Position numbers and translations under genes: made by a program
Assembly (NCBI RefSeq): GCF_032444005.1
Contig: NC_091285.1
Location: 608,034,001 to 608,098,000 of the forward strand
Direction of reading: 5' to 3'
DNA from: Ranitomeya imitator
Lineage: Eukaryota
Length of the DNA stretch: 64,000 nucleotides
Shown: piece after piece, positions 21,143 through 58,030 of the stretch
How positions within the stretch are numbered: the stretch's first letter is position 1
Layout: the number at the start of each line of letters is the position of its first letter
The notes under the pieces: model-generated
Database searches by the model: none
What the model saw: only the letters and a program-made list of their open reading frames with translations
What the model was told of the DNA's origin: nothing

Positions 21143-23580
21143 GAGGAGGAGATGACACAGGTATATACTATATCCAGGGGAGATGACACACAGATATATA
21201 CTATATACAGGAGAGATGACACACAGGTATATACTATATAGAGGAGATGACATACAGGTACATACTATATACAGGAGGAGATGACACACAAGTATATACT
21301 ATATAAGGGAGCAGATGACCTACAGGTATATACTATATACAGGAGGAGATGACATACAGGTATATGCTATATATAGAAAATGACATACAGGTATATACTA
21401 TATACAGGAGGAGATGACACAGATATATACTATATACAGGGGAGATGACATACAGGTATATACTATATATCCTCCAGTCCCTTTCCCCGGCTATCACCTC
21501 TCACCTAACAAAAATATTCAACCTTTCCCTCACTTCCGGTATTTTTCCCTCCTCATTTAAGCATGCCATCATACATCCATTACTTAAAAAACCATCCCTC
21601 GATCAAAACTGTGCCGCTAATTATAGACCTGTCTCTAATCTTCCCTTCATCTCTAAACTCCTCGAACGCCTGGTCCACTCCCGTCTTACCCGCTATCTCT
21701 CAGATAACTCTCTTCTCGACCCTCTTCAATCTGGCTTCCGCTCTTTACACTCTACTGAAACTGCCCTCATTAAAGTCTCTAATGACCTACTAACAGCTAA
21801 ATCTAATGGTCACTACTCCATGCTAATTCTCTTGGATCTCTCTGCAGCATTCGACACTGTGGATCATCAGCTCCTCCTCACTATGCTCCGCTCCATCGGC
21901 CTCAAGGACACCGTTCTCTCCTGGTTCTCCTCCTATCTCTCTGACCGATCCTTCACTGTATGTTTTGCTGGTTCCTCCTCCTCTCACCTTCCCCTTACTG
22001 TTGGGGTTCCTCAAGGATCAGTCCTAGGCCCCCTACTCTTCTCGTTGTATACTGCCCCTATTGGACAAACAATCAGTAGATTTGGTTTCCAGTACCATCT
22101 CTATGCTGACGACACCCAATTATACACTTCTGCTCCCGATATCACACCGACCTTTTTAGAAAACACCAGTGATTGTCTTACCGCTGTCTCTAACATCATG
22201 TCCTCCCTCTATCTGAAACTAAACCTGTCAAAAACTGAACTCCTCGTGTTCTCTCCCTCTACTAACCTACCTTTGCCTGACATTGCCATCTCCGTGTGCG
22301 GTTCCACCATTACTCCAAAGCAACATGCCCGCTGCCTTGGGGTCATCCTTGATTCTGACCTTTCATTCACCCCCTACATCCGATCACTGGCTCGCTCTTG
22401 TTACCTGCATCTCAAAAACATTTCTAGAATTCGCCCTTTTCTTAATTTCGACTCTGCAAAAACTCTGACTGTTTCACTTATTCATTCTCGTCTGGACTAT
22501 TGTAACTCTCTACTAATCGGTCTCCCTCTTGCAAAACTCTCCCCGCTCCAATCTGTCCTGAATGCTGCAGCCAGGATCATATTCCTCACCAACCGTTACA
22601 CCGATGCCTCTACCCTGTGCCAGTCATTACACTGGCTACCCATCCACTCCAGAATCCAGTACAAAAGTACTACCCTCATCCACAAAGCACTCCATGGCTC
22701 AGCACCACCCTACATCTCCTCCCTGGTATCAGTCTACCACCCTACCCGTGCCCTCCGCTCCGCTAATGACCTCAGGTTAGCATCCTCAATAATCAGAACC
22801 TCCCACTCCCGTCTCCAAGACTTTACACGTGCTGCGCCGATTCTTTGGAATGCACTACCTAGGTTAATACGATTAATCCCCAATCCCCACAGTTTTAAGC
22901 GTGCCCTAAAAACTCATTTGTTCAGACTGGCCTACCGCCTCAATGCATTAACCTAACGATCCCTGTGTGGCCTATTTATAATAAAAAAAAAAAAAAAGGT
23001 TCCTCGCATCATGTTCTCATACACTTTATGCAGTATTAGCCCTCTGTGTCTGTACTGCTACATACTTAGGCAGGTAACTGGTTCATGCAGCTTTACATGA
23101 ACACCTGAGCCTTACACTATAGCTGGTCCGAATAACTAAAGCAATTGTTACCATCCACCTCTCGTGTCTCCCCTTTTCCCCATAGTTTGTAAGCTTGCGA
23201 GCAGGGCCCTCACTCCTCCTGGTATCTGTTTTGAACTGTATTTCTGTTATGCTGTAATGTCTATTGTCTGTACAAGTCCCCTCTATAATTTGTAAAGCGC
23301 TGCGGAATATGTTGGCGCTATATAAATAAAATTATTATTATTATTATTATTATATACAGGAGGAGATGACATACAGGTATATACTATATATAGAAGGAGA
23401 TGACATACAGGTATATACTATATATAGGAGGAGATGACATACAGGTATATACAGGGGAGATGACACACAGCAGGTATATTATATATACAGGGGAGATGAC
23501 ATACAGGTATATACTATATACAGGAGATGACATACAGGTGTATACTATATATAAGGGAGATGACAAACATGTATATACTG
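21143..23580. repeat. About 30-33-bp minisatellite (GGAGATGACATACAGGTATATACTATATACA-like), split by the L2 insertion
   Basis: Arrays at about 21143-21470 and 23352-23580 on either side of the LINE. Confidence 0.9.
21471..23352 (+). mobile_element. 5'-truncated L2-clade LINE (RT domain, 3' UTR and (TTA)n tail)
   Basis: The frame is open to TAA at 22956, with [43 protein letters not shown] and YADDTQLY. The 3' end is AAAGCGCTGCGGAATATGTTGGCGCTATATAAATAAA + (ATT)n. The endonuclease domain is absent. Confidence 0.93.
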
Positions 23581-24117
23581 AGGTGAAAATGAAAAGGTGT
23601 GAGTGCAAAATGAGAGGAGTGAGGGGAAATAGTGGAGTGATCGGAAAATGACAGATGTGAGGTCGAAATGACAAGTGTTAGGGGGGAATGAGAGGAGTGA
23701 GGGAGAAAATGAGAGGTGTAAGGGAGAAAATGAGATATGAGGGGGAAAATGAAAGATGTGATTGGGAAAATGAGAGGCGTGATGGGAAAATAAGAGAAGT
23801 GAGGTGCTATAACTAACCACAGATATTTACTATGCCCAGGCAACGCCGGGCTCTTCAGCTAGTAGGATATAAATCTGATTCGGCAACATGATGGTCACAA
23901 AGGTGCACAGATCAGATCTGGCTTGTAGTGAGACCTCAGACGTGCCCTTTCATATAACAGCAAGCAGAGATCTTGAAAACAATAAAAAATCAGCTCCATA
24001 TTATATAACTTTTCCTCCTACAAAGAATAACCTGTTTTGGTTGAGACTGGAAAAGCCTTTTAAACTGGCTGACAGTTCGGTAATATCTGTACCCAATCAG
24101 TCTGCTTGACCGAATCA

Positions 24118-24288
24118 GGCCACGCTCACACCTTCAGTTTTTTACCTCAGTATTTATAAGCCAAAACCAGGAGTGGGTGATAAATACAGAAGTGGTGACA
24201 TGTTTCTATTATACGTTTCCTCTGATGGTTCCACTCCTGGTTTTGGCTTCCAAATACTGAGGTAAAAACTGATCGTGTGAACGTGGCC
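24118..24288. mobile_element. Short palindromic Harbinger-like MITE (family D)
   Basis: TIRs GGCCACGCTCACAC / GTGTGAACGTGGCC; flanks TCA/TTA. Confidence 0.75.
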
Positions 24289-25073
24289 TTACAATCACGT
24301 GGCGGCCATAGGGAACATGAACAAATCTGTGATATAAATGGAATTGGGTGTAAAATGCTGCTCAGCAACTTCTGAAGTTACATCCACAACCGGTCAGACA
24401 ACTGTGATGAAAGAATTGCTCCATGTAAATGAGAATAATGTTGGTTATTAATGGAGCTGATCACTCACCTGTAAAACCCTGGTCATCGGGTGCGGAGCAA
24501 TGTCCTGCAGTGATCTTGTGGGTTAGGACTACTTTGTGCACATGGGGACTAATTAGGAAAAAAGTATACGGTATATTTTTGTACATATTTTATTTTTTCT
24601 TGACTTTTTTTTCTATAATTTTGGGTATGTCCGGATCTGGAGAGCAGTTGTGGGTGTTGCTGGTGGGCTCGCTAATATTGGGCTTCAGCCTATTTAGAGA
24701 CTGGAAATGCTATTTGTAACTAGTAGATACAGCTGCAGGATGGTGACGTGATGGAAGCTGCTAATTACATGCTGTCACCGAGTGACAGAACGTGAAAGTG
24801 CTGGGGAAGACGTGTGTAATCTGTTCTTAAAGGGCGGACACCATCAGAAAATTACTTGCTGTTTAAGTCGGGTTTTGTGTTTTAAATCTATATAAGGTGA
24901 TGAAAATATATATTTTTTTTATTTAATTTTATTTTGTGAAAGATGTCATAGTACCAGCAAAATGAAGTAGACGGATGTACACAGTGCGTTTTTTTTTGTT
25001 TTCTTTTCCCTTGCAGATTTAAATCTTCAGCATATTTCTATCAGCTTTTTTGCAGCAGATTTCAGTCATACTA

Positions 25074-26024
25074 GGCTATGTTCACACGTTCCTGATTTCC
25101 CTCCTTTTTTTTCAGGACTAAAAACCGCAGCTCTTGGCAGAAAACGCAGGTCCTTTTTTTTGGTGCTTTTTTGGTGCGTTTTTTGGTTGATGCGTTTTTT
25201 GATGCTTTTTTTATGCAGTTTTCTATGCAGAGTCTGTGCGTTTTCTAGGAAGTTTTTTAGGGTTAAAATGGCTGAAAATACCCTAACCCTACCCTTAACC
25301 CTACCCCTACCCCTAACCCTACCCCTAACCCTATTCTAACCTTAGTGGGAAAAAAAAAAAAAATTCTTAATTTTTTTTATTGTCCCTACCTATGGGGGTG
25401 ACAGGGGGGGGGGGGGGGGGTCATTTACTATTTTTTTTATTTTGATCACTGAGATAGGTTATATCTCAGTGATCAAAATGCACTTTGGAACTTATCTGCC
25501 GGCAGATTCGGCAGGCGCACTGCGCATGCGCCCGCCATTTTGCAAGATGGCGGCGCCCAGGGAGAAGACGGCCGGACGGACACCGGGAGGCCGGGTATGT
25601 ATAAGGGGGGGGGGAGATGAGGGCACGGCGGGGCGTCGGAGCACGGGGGGTGGCATCGGAGCATGGGGGGGGGGTGGGATTGGAGCAGGGGGGGGCAGCC
25701 ACACTGCAGCGGTTCTGCACCACAAACCGCAGAAAACCCGCAGATATTTTTTTCATCTGCGGGTTTTACTGTGGGTTTGACCTCACAATGGAGATCTATG
25801 GGTGCAGAACCGCTGCAGTTCCGCAAAAAGAAGTGACATGGTACTTCTTTTTTACCGCGGCTATTCAGCGCGGCTTTTTTCGCGATTTTCCGCAATGTGG
25901 GCACAGCAGTTCCTGTTTTCCATAGGGTACATTGTAATGTACCCTGCATGGAAAACAGCTGCGGACCCGCAGCGGGAAAATCGCGGCGATTCCGCATGAA
26001 AAAAAGGATGGTGTGAACATGGCC
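25074..26024. mobile_element. Composite Harbinger-like MITE with internal CCCTAA-like repeats
   Basis: TIRs GGCTATGTTCACAC / GTGTGAACATGGCC; flanks CTA/TAA; degenerate (CCCTAA/CCCTAC)n at 25281-25341. Confidence 0.7.
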
Positions 26025-26917
26025 TAATGAGTGGGGGGAAAAAAGCGCTTTTTTTTTTCTCCTGCCAAAGCATCAGGATCTGCAGAGCAATTTTTTTTTT
26101 CCCCCCTGCAAATCCTGGCCATGTGCACATACCCACATGTAGCCGCAGTGATCAGACTCTGTCCCTTGTGTTGCTGTCTCTATGGAGTGCGTGCAAAGAT
26201 CATTGGTGGGGGGGTTGTTGGCTGTGACATCACATCAGGGGACCCCTTGGTCATCGCATTGCAGCCTCTGATGATAAGGAACCTTGCTGAAAGGGCAGAA
26301 GGTAGAAGACTAAAAAACTGAGTTTTAAGCAGTAGGTCATTTTCTGATTCCTTTTTAAGCACAACCCGTCATCAGGAGAGAAGTGACGTCTTTGCTCTTA
26401 TATTAGAGTATTGTTGTGCTTTTTTTTTTTTTTTTTTTTTTTATTTTTATTTTATTTTACAACTCCTGTGATAGTTGTTTTTTTTTTTTTTTTTTCCATT
26501 TAACTTTTGACTTTTACAAGGGAACGTTGCTCACAGAATAGTAATGCAGAGCAGCCTACAGACCTTCTCCTGAGAATTGTGTCAGAACTGCCCCCCTGGG
26601 AAAAGAGACCATAGAAAATGATCACTAAATATAAAGGCCGCCGTCTCAGGAGCCATATGACGGATAAATAAATGAAAAATGTAAAATTCAGGAGAGCCGC
26701 TGGAATAAAATATGAACCAAAACTGGACTCATTTGACCTGGTGACTTTGTTTCTGCTCTTGCTCTCTCTCCTCTCGCTCTTTCTCTCCCACCTTCTTTCT
26801 GAGCCTCTCCCAATCCCCTGTTATATCCTTCTGTCCTGGACACCTTAGCTATAAATGGAGGGAAAAAAGATAAAAATTCTAATACTGAAAGGAACTTTTT
26901 TCAAAAGGTAAAAAAAA

Positions 26918-27108
26918 NNNNNNNNNNNNNNNNNNNNNNNNNNNNNNNNNNNNNNNNNNNNNNNNNNNNNNNNNNNNNNNNNNNNNNNNNNNNNNNNNNN
27001 NNNNNNNNNNNNNNNNNNNNNNNNNNNNNNNNNNNNNNNNNNNNNNNNNNNNNNNNNNNNNNNNNNNNNNNNNNNNNNNNNNNNNNNNNNNNNNNNNNNN
27101 NNNNNNNN
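26918..27108. other. Assembly gap (191 N), 83 nt upstream of gfpt1 exon 2
   Basis: Run of N. Confidence 1.
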
Positions 27109-27191
27109 TGAATACTAGTTTTCAGTTGACCCTTCTGTCAGTTTTCTTCTATGTTGTCAGGTAGTATTGCCATTTTTTTTTTCTTTTATAG

Positions 27192-51741
<24,550 letters not shown>

Positions 51742-52087
51742 TCCTCAGCAGTCGCAACAGAAGACACTATATTTCTAAAAGTTTTATTTTAATTTGTTTT
51801 TTTTTATCCTAATTTTTACTTTTATATTTATGTTTCTTTGTTTGTTTTTTTTTTTTTTTGCCGTTTTCGATCCATTGGTAGTTTTCTCGCTGCACCTTGT
51901 AAATGATGCGGGGCAGAATATTGTAGAATCATAGTTTATTGTGATCACGACCTGTAGAGTAGTCATTCCCTCCAGCTGCAGTAACCGGGACAGAGGTCTG
52001 GTGATTTGGAGCGACTCCTGTCATGCCAAGTTTTGCACTTTATAACTCTGTCTGTTTACTCTATGGTCACCCCAACATAGACATGGC

Positions 52088-52240
52088 CTGTGATGAGCCA
52101 ATGCGCTCACATAAGGCGTCTTCGAAAAATATGTTCGAGTCCCTGCGCTGTTCGACAGCCGCAACACATGCAGCCGCAGGGACTGGAACATATTATTCGA
52201 GCACACCAGAGTCACTCGGTGAGCACGTTCTCTCATCACT
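52088..52240. mobile_element. Decayed hAT-type MITE (same TIR family as 12215-12507) in the presumptive 3' UTR
   Basis: CTGTGATGAGC ... CTCTCATCACT. The internal GAACATATTATTCGAGCACACC is shared with the remnant ending at 16582. Confidence 0.6.
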
Positions 52241-52834
52241 GGCTACGAGGCCTTGTCCTGTCCTTGCACACAGCCAGGCCCCTTATGAATTGTTGTAAGA
52301 CGCGGTCACGCAAGTGGTTACATCACTCAGCCAGCGTCAGGTCTTGCATGGAAGGACTAGGAGCAACCTGTGCATCGGGAGTCATGTGTCTTCTGTAAAT
52401 CATGAGAATACTGGAGCCAGTCACCATTTTACCGTAATAGAAGAAATCTCCCCCTCCTAATATTCCAGGAGAACAGGGCTTCACATTACACATTGGTTCA
52501 GACAATCAGTCTGGTTCATATTCCTGCCTTATCGATGATTTTTTTTTTTTTTTTTTCGGAGTTTTTGTTTCTCGTCAGTCTTTGCTGGACAGACTGCAAT
52601 CCCACCTGCGGCTTCACTCTCCGGTGACCCAGCAGGGGGCATGGGATCTAGATCCTCAATGGTTCTTCTATACCTTTTGTTGGTTTAGCAGATAATGAAA
52701 TGACCGTTTTCCACATGTCTGATGTGGTCTGATCCTCGGCTTCGCTCAGAATAATTGGCCTTTTATCTTCACCTTCTATTTATATACATAAATCATAGAA
52801 ACTACCTTTTTACACCGATAGTTTACGTTGCAGT

Positions 52835-53057
52835 AAAGGGGTTGTCTGGGCATCCAAGATTGATGCATCCATACGATTAGTCATCGATAGCTGATGGGTG
52901 GGGGTCCGACACTCAGCACCACCACCCATTAGCTGTTCGCTCTGCAGACGGCCGGATGTAAATTGTCCGAATATGGAACAGCACGCCCGTGTAGTGTCCT
53001 GCGGAGCTGCTGTTCTCTATCTGGGTCATCGATATTCCATGGCCAGACGACCCCTTT
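52835..53057. mobile_element. Decayed TTAA-type MITE in the presumptive 3' UTR
   Basis: AAAGGGGTTGTCTGG ... CCAGACGACCCCTTTAA. Confidence 0.6.
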
Positions 53058-53842
53058 AAGGGCTTGTCCTGGAACCACCACGGACATCCAGAATTAAGTA
53101 ACTGTGAAATTGTCCTTTCTGACAGCCTGTTAAGGTCTCTCGTTTGGAAGCCGTATGTAAGGTGCGATTGGGCGCCAATGCTGCGTCTGGCGCGTCTGAC
53201 GAAGGCTGAATTCTGTAAAGTGCACACATTTCTCACATGTGATGTCGCTATGCCTTTCGGTGGCACATTAAAAGGGGCTGTACAAGTGTGGAACAGGGGT
53301 CCATTTTCTTTAATTTGCAAACAGCGCCACTATTGTATGTTGGCTCGGTCTGGTATTGCGGCTCATCCCAATTCAAGTGAATGAGGCAAAGTGGCAATAT
53401 TTGACGCAGCTCAAAACAAAACCAAAACCGACCCTTTTTTTCCCCCATCTTCCAAAAACGTATCTTTGTTCCATGCACCTTCCCAACCATGTACAGGCAG
53501 ACTCCCTAAGATTTGAAATGAAGGCTTTTTGAGACCTACGTGCACTACTAGAGATGAACATGTATAGGAAAGACAATGTGACTTTTTTTTCTATGTTTTT
53601 TTTTTTTTTTTTTTTCTTCACGTCCCCTTTTTTTTGTTTTTAAATCTTTATCTGTTTTGTATTGGAGATGAGACGTTGGTACTTTAATGTTGAATGTGTG
53701 TTGTCTTATTTTATGTTCTATTTTAACTGGAAAGAAATGTCAAAGTTTCCATTAGATGGAAAAATGCTGTTCTCGTCAAAGAAGTTTACAAAGGACCAAA
53801 GATGCGTACAGTGCTTGTAAAAACACTTGGATTCTGTGAAAC

Positions 53843-53848
53843 AATAAA
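53843..53848 (+). terminator. Candidate gfpt1 polyadenylation signal AATAAA
   Basis: AATAAA follows a U-rich tract (about 53580-53820) and precedes a GU-rich stretch (about 53880-53900). A second AATAAA lies at 54136-54141. Assignment to gfpt1 is inference. Confidence 0.5.
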
Positions 53849-54840
53849 CATTTGGACATGTACATGCATTTACCTATCTTTTTAGTCTGTGTCTGCTTTA
53901 GTAATGAAGGGATTTCGGGACAAGCACTTGTGACACAAGCTGGTTTATTGGGTCCTCAGGAATGTTGCACTGCAATTCCAGCTGACGGTCTGTAGGTGGC
54001 ACTGTCGCTATTGCAGTTTATATCACGAGTTTGGACATATTTATCTTTAGTAAAACCCCCACATAGTTGGCAACAGGTTACACATTGCGTCACACTGTAC
54101 ATGTAATGAAGGCCTTAATTTGACTTGCTCACAAGAATAAAATACTCTGCTTCAAAAACGCAATAATCACAGCATATCTGTGCGTGACGTCTACCAGTGA
54201 AAAGCCCAACATATGATCACAGAGTGATCCCTTCAGCAATAAACCTATAGACCAATAGAGAGCAAAAGAAGGTACAAATGTTAACAATATATACATTTAT
54301 TTAATCATCACATATCAAATACATTAACATCAAATGACAAAAAACTATTAGTGCAAGAACAATTACATAACAATACCCTATACCTAGGGGAAGAATAGGA
54401 TCGGCTGTGTATCATGAAAACACCGATGGGGCCAAATAACCACCCACAGTGTAAAGCACCACGACTGGGGGTAAAGCAGATTAACAGAAAGATTAAATCG
54501 TATCTACTTAGGACTATATAGTGTTATTTCTAAGTGTCACAATACACCAATACATGTCAGTTACCTAGAACCCATACATAGTACAGTGTATCAAGAGATA
54601 TCAATAACCATGATGTATTAACATGGTGACTATAGGTAATAGTAACAAATGCCAATAACGCAACACATGTATTCAATAATACCAGAGTCCCTAAGGGATG
54701 CTCACCCTAAGATATACCCAAAGCTAGTCATTAGCAATAAAGTGATAAAAGTGCCTCCTAGATGGTCATCCAATATAGCGGTAAAAAGCACCATAAGAAG
54801 CTCATCATACCTGCAGTCATGGTGCAACCTGGATGGTGGT

Positions 54841-57556
54841 CCCGTAGCGAGGATCTAGGAGGGTGTACACCCAATAATCAGCCGTGTTGAGAATGTGGGC
54901 GATGCGGCAGTCGTTTCTCGGGCACTGCAGCATGAAATCAGCCATGTGCTGCAGACTGCCAACTGGCCAAGAAACGCTGTCCCCTGCTTGAGGCGTGATC
55001 TCTGCCTGCTCTGCATCAGCCCACCCTCGCTCTACATACTGACTACTAGAGCATTATGTACCTCCCTCCTCTGGACAGATGTCTACCTCCTCCATTGACT
55101 CATCCTCCTCACAAAGTGTCCCCTGCCTAGGCCTTTGTGAGGAACCACGTTGCACAGACTGTCCAGAAGCAGGTGGCATTTGTGACTCCTCATCCCCAAC
55201 CTCTTCCACAACCTCATCCCTTAGCGCTTGCAGGGTTTTTTCAAGCAGGCAGGTAAGGGGGATAGTCATGCTGACTAGTGCATCATCACTCACCATCCGC
55301 GTGGAATCATCGACGGCACGCAAAACGTGGCAGATGTCCTTCACAGTGGCCCACTCAGTGGTTGTGAAGTCTGAACGGCGCGCAGTGCGTCTTTTTTGCA
55401 CCTGATGCAGCTGGTACTCCATTACTGCTGGCTGCTGCTCACACAACCGCTCCAACATATGTAACGTTGAATTTCACCTGGTGGGTAGGTCACATATGAT
55501 GCGATGTTCTGGAAGGCGGAATCGGCGCTGCAGAGCTGCAAGGCGTGATCTTGCCATGCTGGAATGCCGCAAGTGAGCGCACTCTATGCGGACCTTGTGC
55601 AGCAGTGCATCAAGATCCGGATAGTCCCTCAAAAAACTGCACGACCAAGTTGAGCACATGTGCCAGACAGGGGTTGTGAGTGAGGTTGCCTAGGCCCAGA
55701 GCTGCCACCAGATTTCGGCCATTGTCACCCACTACCATGCCTGGCCGGAGATTCGCTGGAACAAACCACACGTCGCTCTCCTGCTTGATGGCATTCCAGA
55801 GCTCCTGCGCTGTGTGGCTTCGATTCCCCAAATAAATTAATTTCAGTACGGCCTGTTAACGTTTGGCCACGGCTGTACTCATATCGGTTTTAACAGGTAA
55901 GCGTTCACAGGTCCATGTGGGGGTAGACTGATGGCTCCTGCAGCCGTGATTCAGAGGAGCTGGAGTATGAGGAGGAGTCAATGTGTACAGACTGGATTCC
56001 TGCAATCCTTGGAGTTGGCAGAACACGTACAGCGCCACTCTCAAGATCTGTATCCGGCTCCACAACATTTACCCAATGGGCAGTGAGGGAAAGGTATCGT
56101 CCCTGTCCATGGTGACTGGTCCACACATCGGTGGTAAGGTGGACCTTGCTACTGACGGCATTTAGTAGCGCATGTTTAATGTTTCCCTCCACATGCTTTT
56201 GCAGGGCAGGGACGGCTTTCCTGCTGAAATAAAAGCAGCTGGGCACGTATTGTGGGACTGCCAATGCCATGAAGTTACGGAAGGTGTCAGTCTCCACCAG
56301 CCTGAATGACGGCATTTCAAGGGACAGTAGTTTTGCAATGCCAGCATTCAGAGCCTGTGCTCGGGGGTGGTTTGCCGAGACTGGCCGCCTTTTCTCCCAT
56401 GCCTGTGCTACAGATGGCTGTAGACTGGGCTGGGAGTGTGAGGATGACAGGGAATGTGGTGCTGTGGGTGGAATTACACTGGGTCTCTGGACAACAGTGC
56501 CAGAGGTTCTTCCATGGCGATCCTGTGAAGGAGCCGAACCAGGTGTGTGTGAGCTGGAGGAAGAGGCTACAACACGAGCTGAAGAGGTGGTAGGTGCCGC
56601 TGTAGGTTGGCCTAGGTCTTCAGTGTGTTTTTTAACTTCACCACGTGCTTGGTCCGCACATATTTCCACATATTTGTGGTATTGAGGTTGCTGACACTTT
56701 TCCCTCTTTTCACTTTCTGATGACACAGCTTGCATTTGACAAAGCAAATGTCATCTGCAACTGTCAAAAAAGGACCAGGCACCTTGGGAGCGCCCATTTT
56801 GGGTTTTGGAAGAGGCATGCTCCTAATGAGTGCCGAAGTGGAGGCTACAGGCAACGCAGTCTTCCCCCTCCCTCTCCCTCGTTTTTGGGCCGTTCGGGGA
56901 ATCTCTTCCTCAGAGCTGCTCCCACCACCTTCCTCTACCTCACGCCATGATAGGTCAAGGACCTCATCATCTACACTACCCTCTTCCAACAACTGCTTGT
57001 CCTGGGTAGTCTCGGCAGCACAGTACGCACCAGAAGGTGGCACCTGAGTCTCATCATCAGATGCGTACTGAGGTGTGCTGACCATAGGCACTGGCCCACC
57101 TGTCTCTTCAGATTCAGAGAGACAAAGCAGTTGCGCATCACTGCATACTGCCTGTTTTTCAATTTCTCGAATGCTGCTTGGCTGGTCCCCTCTTTCCAAG
57201 CCAAGAGATTCAGAGAACAGAAGTAGAGATGGCTCCTGTCCTGGGCTCTCTGACTGCCTGGGCAATTTGGCAGGTGGTGATTAGACAGATGGGTGCTCTG
57301 CAGTGCTCTTGACCTGAGAGGATGTGGCACTAATTGAAGTTGATGCGTTAGTTGCCATCCATCCGACAACGGCTTCAATTTGTTTGTCCCGCAGCAGTGG
57401 GGTACGGAAAGCTCCTACAAAGCTGCGCATAAAGGACTGTTCCCTGGTAAAACTGGGGAATGCTGAGACACTGGTGCCCGCAGCAGGCACAGAATCCCCA
57501 CGTCCTCTCCCTGCAGAAACTCCACGACCACGTGACTTACTCCCTGCCTTCTTCAT
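54841..57556 (-). pseudogene. hAT (ZBED-like) transposase pseudogene, C-terminally truncated
   Basis: BED finger VKCKLCHQKVKRG...MWKYVRTKH; VHLTTDVWTS; VVGDNGRN; CLAHVLNLVVQ; DLPTRWNST; YWVYTLLDPRY at about 54843-54875. Multiple frameshifts, and no dimerisation domain seen. Confidence 0.88.
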
Positions 57557-58030
57557 CTTGGTAGACTGATAGAGATAGGCAGAAAAGTACTAAGGGCTTA
57601 GTGTGCTTATTCCTGAACAGCTGCTAACAGGTATAAGAAACACTAATTTTATAAAGTGTGGACTAGACTTTAATATGAGGTAATGTGGCCTTACACAACT
57701 GTAAAGTGGAGTGTTTGGTGAACTTTATTTAGGGTTTTGTTTTTTAAAAAAAATAAATGGATGTGCCCAAAGATGTAAAACCGATAGTATCACAAACTTT
57801 TTGCACCTATTGCAATGCAGGAAGGTAACCTACAATGCAATAGATGGGACTCCAAAAAATAGGCTAATACTAATCTGGCTGGGGCTGCAGGGCACAAGGC
57901 TGCAGAAAGGCTCCTCTATCTACTCCTATCTAGTGCACGAAATCTAGCTGGATACGTATGGAAACACACCACTAATAGGAGAAATCAGGAAAAATGGGCT
58001 GCACTGATGAAAAAAAGGACAATGTATGAG

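Larger units (their letters stand above)
19839..23862 (+). mobile_element. Non-autonomous Helitron carrying minisatellites and an L2 insertion
   Basis: 5' end A|TCTACTATATAAAG; 3' hairpin GCCC(A)GGC-AAC-GCCGGGC (23834-23851) followed by CTAG|T (23859-23862). Inserted between A and T with no TSD. No Rep/helicase coding sequence. Confidence 0.8.

Noticed and set aside
21445-21470. ATG start of the 503-aa L2 ORF
   Set aside because: The first 9 codons come from the flanking minisatellite. The LINE is 5'-truncated, so this is not its native start.
23384-23843. Several 80-110-aa ORFs
   Set aside because: Low-complexity translations of the minisatellite and GA-rich tail inside the Helitron.
24744-24751. 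UPRE-like TGACGTGA (GFPT1 is a known XBP1s target)
   Set aside because: A single 8-mer with an unknown TSS position and no conservation data; it could easily be chance.
1-26917. Exons of the genes that neighbour GFPT1 in mammals (NFU1 upstream; ANTXR1 downstream beyond 54000)
   Set aside because: No recognisable peptide matches by eye on either strand.
54170-54840. A-rich block downstream of gfpt1, possibly another retroelement end
   Set aside because: No termini, TSD or coding motif could be identified to classify it.
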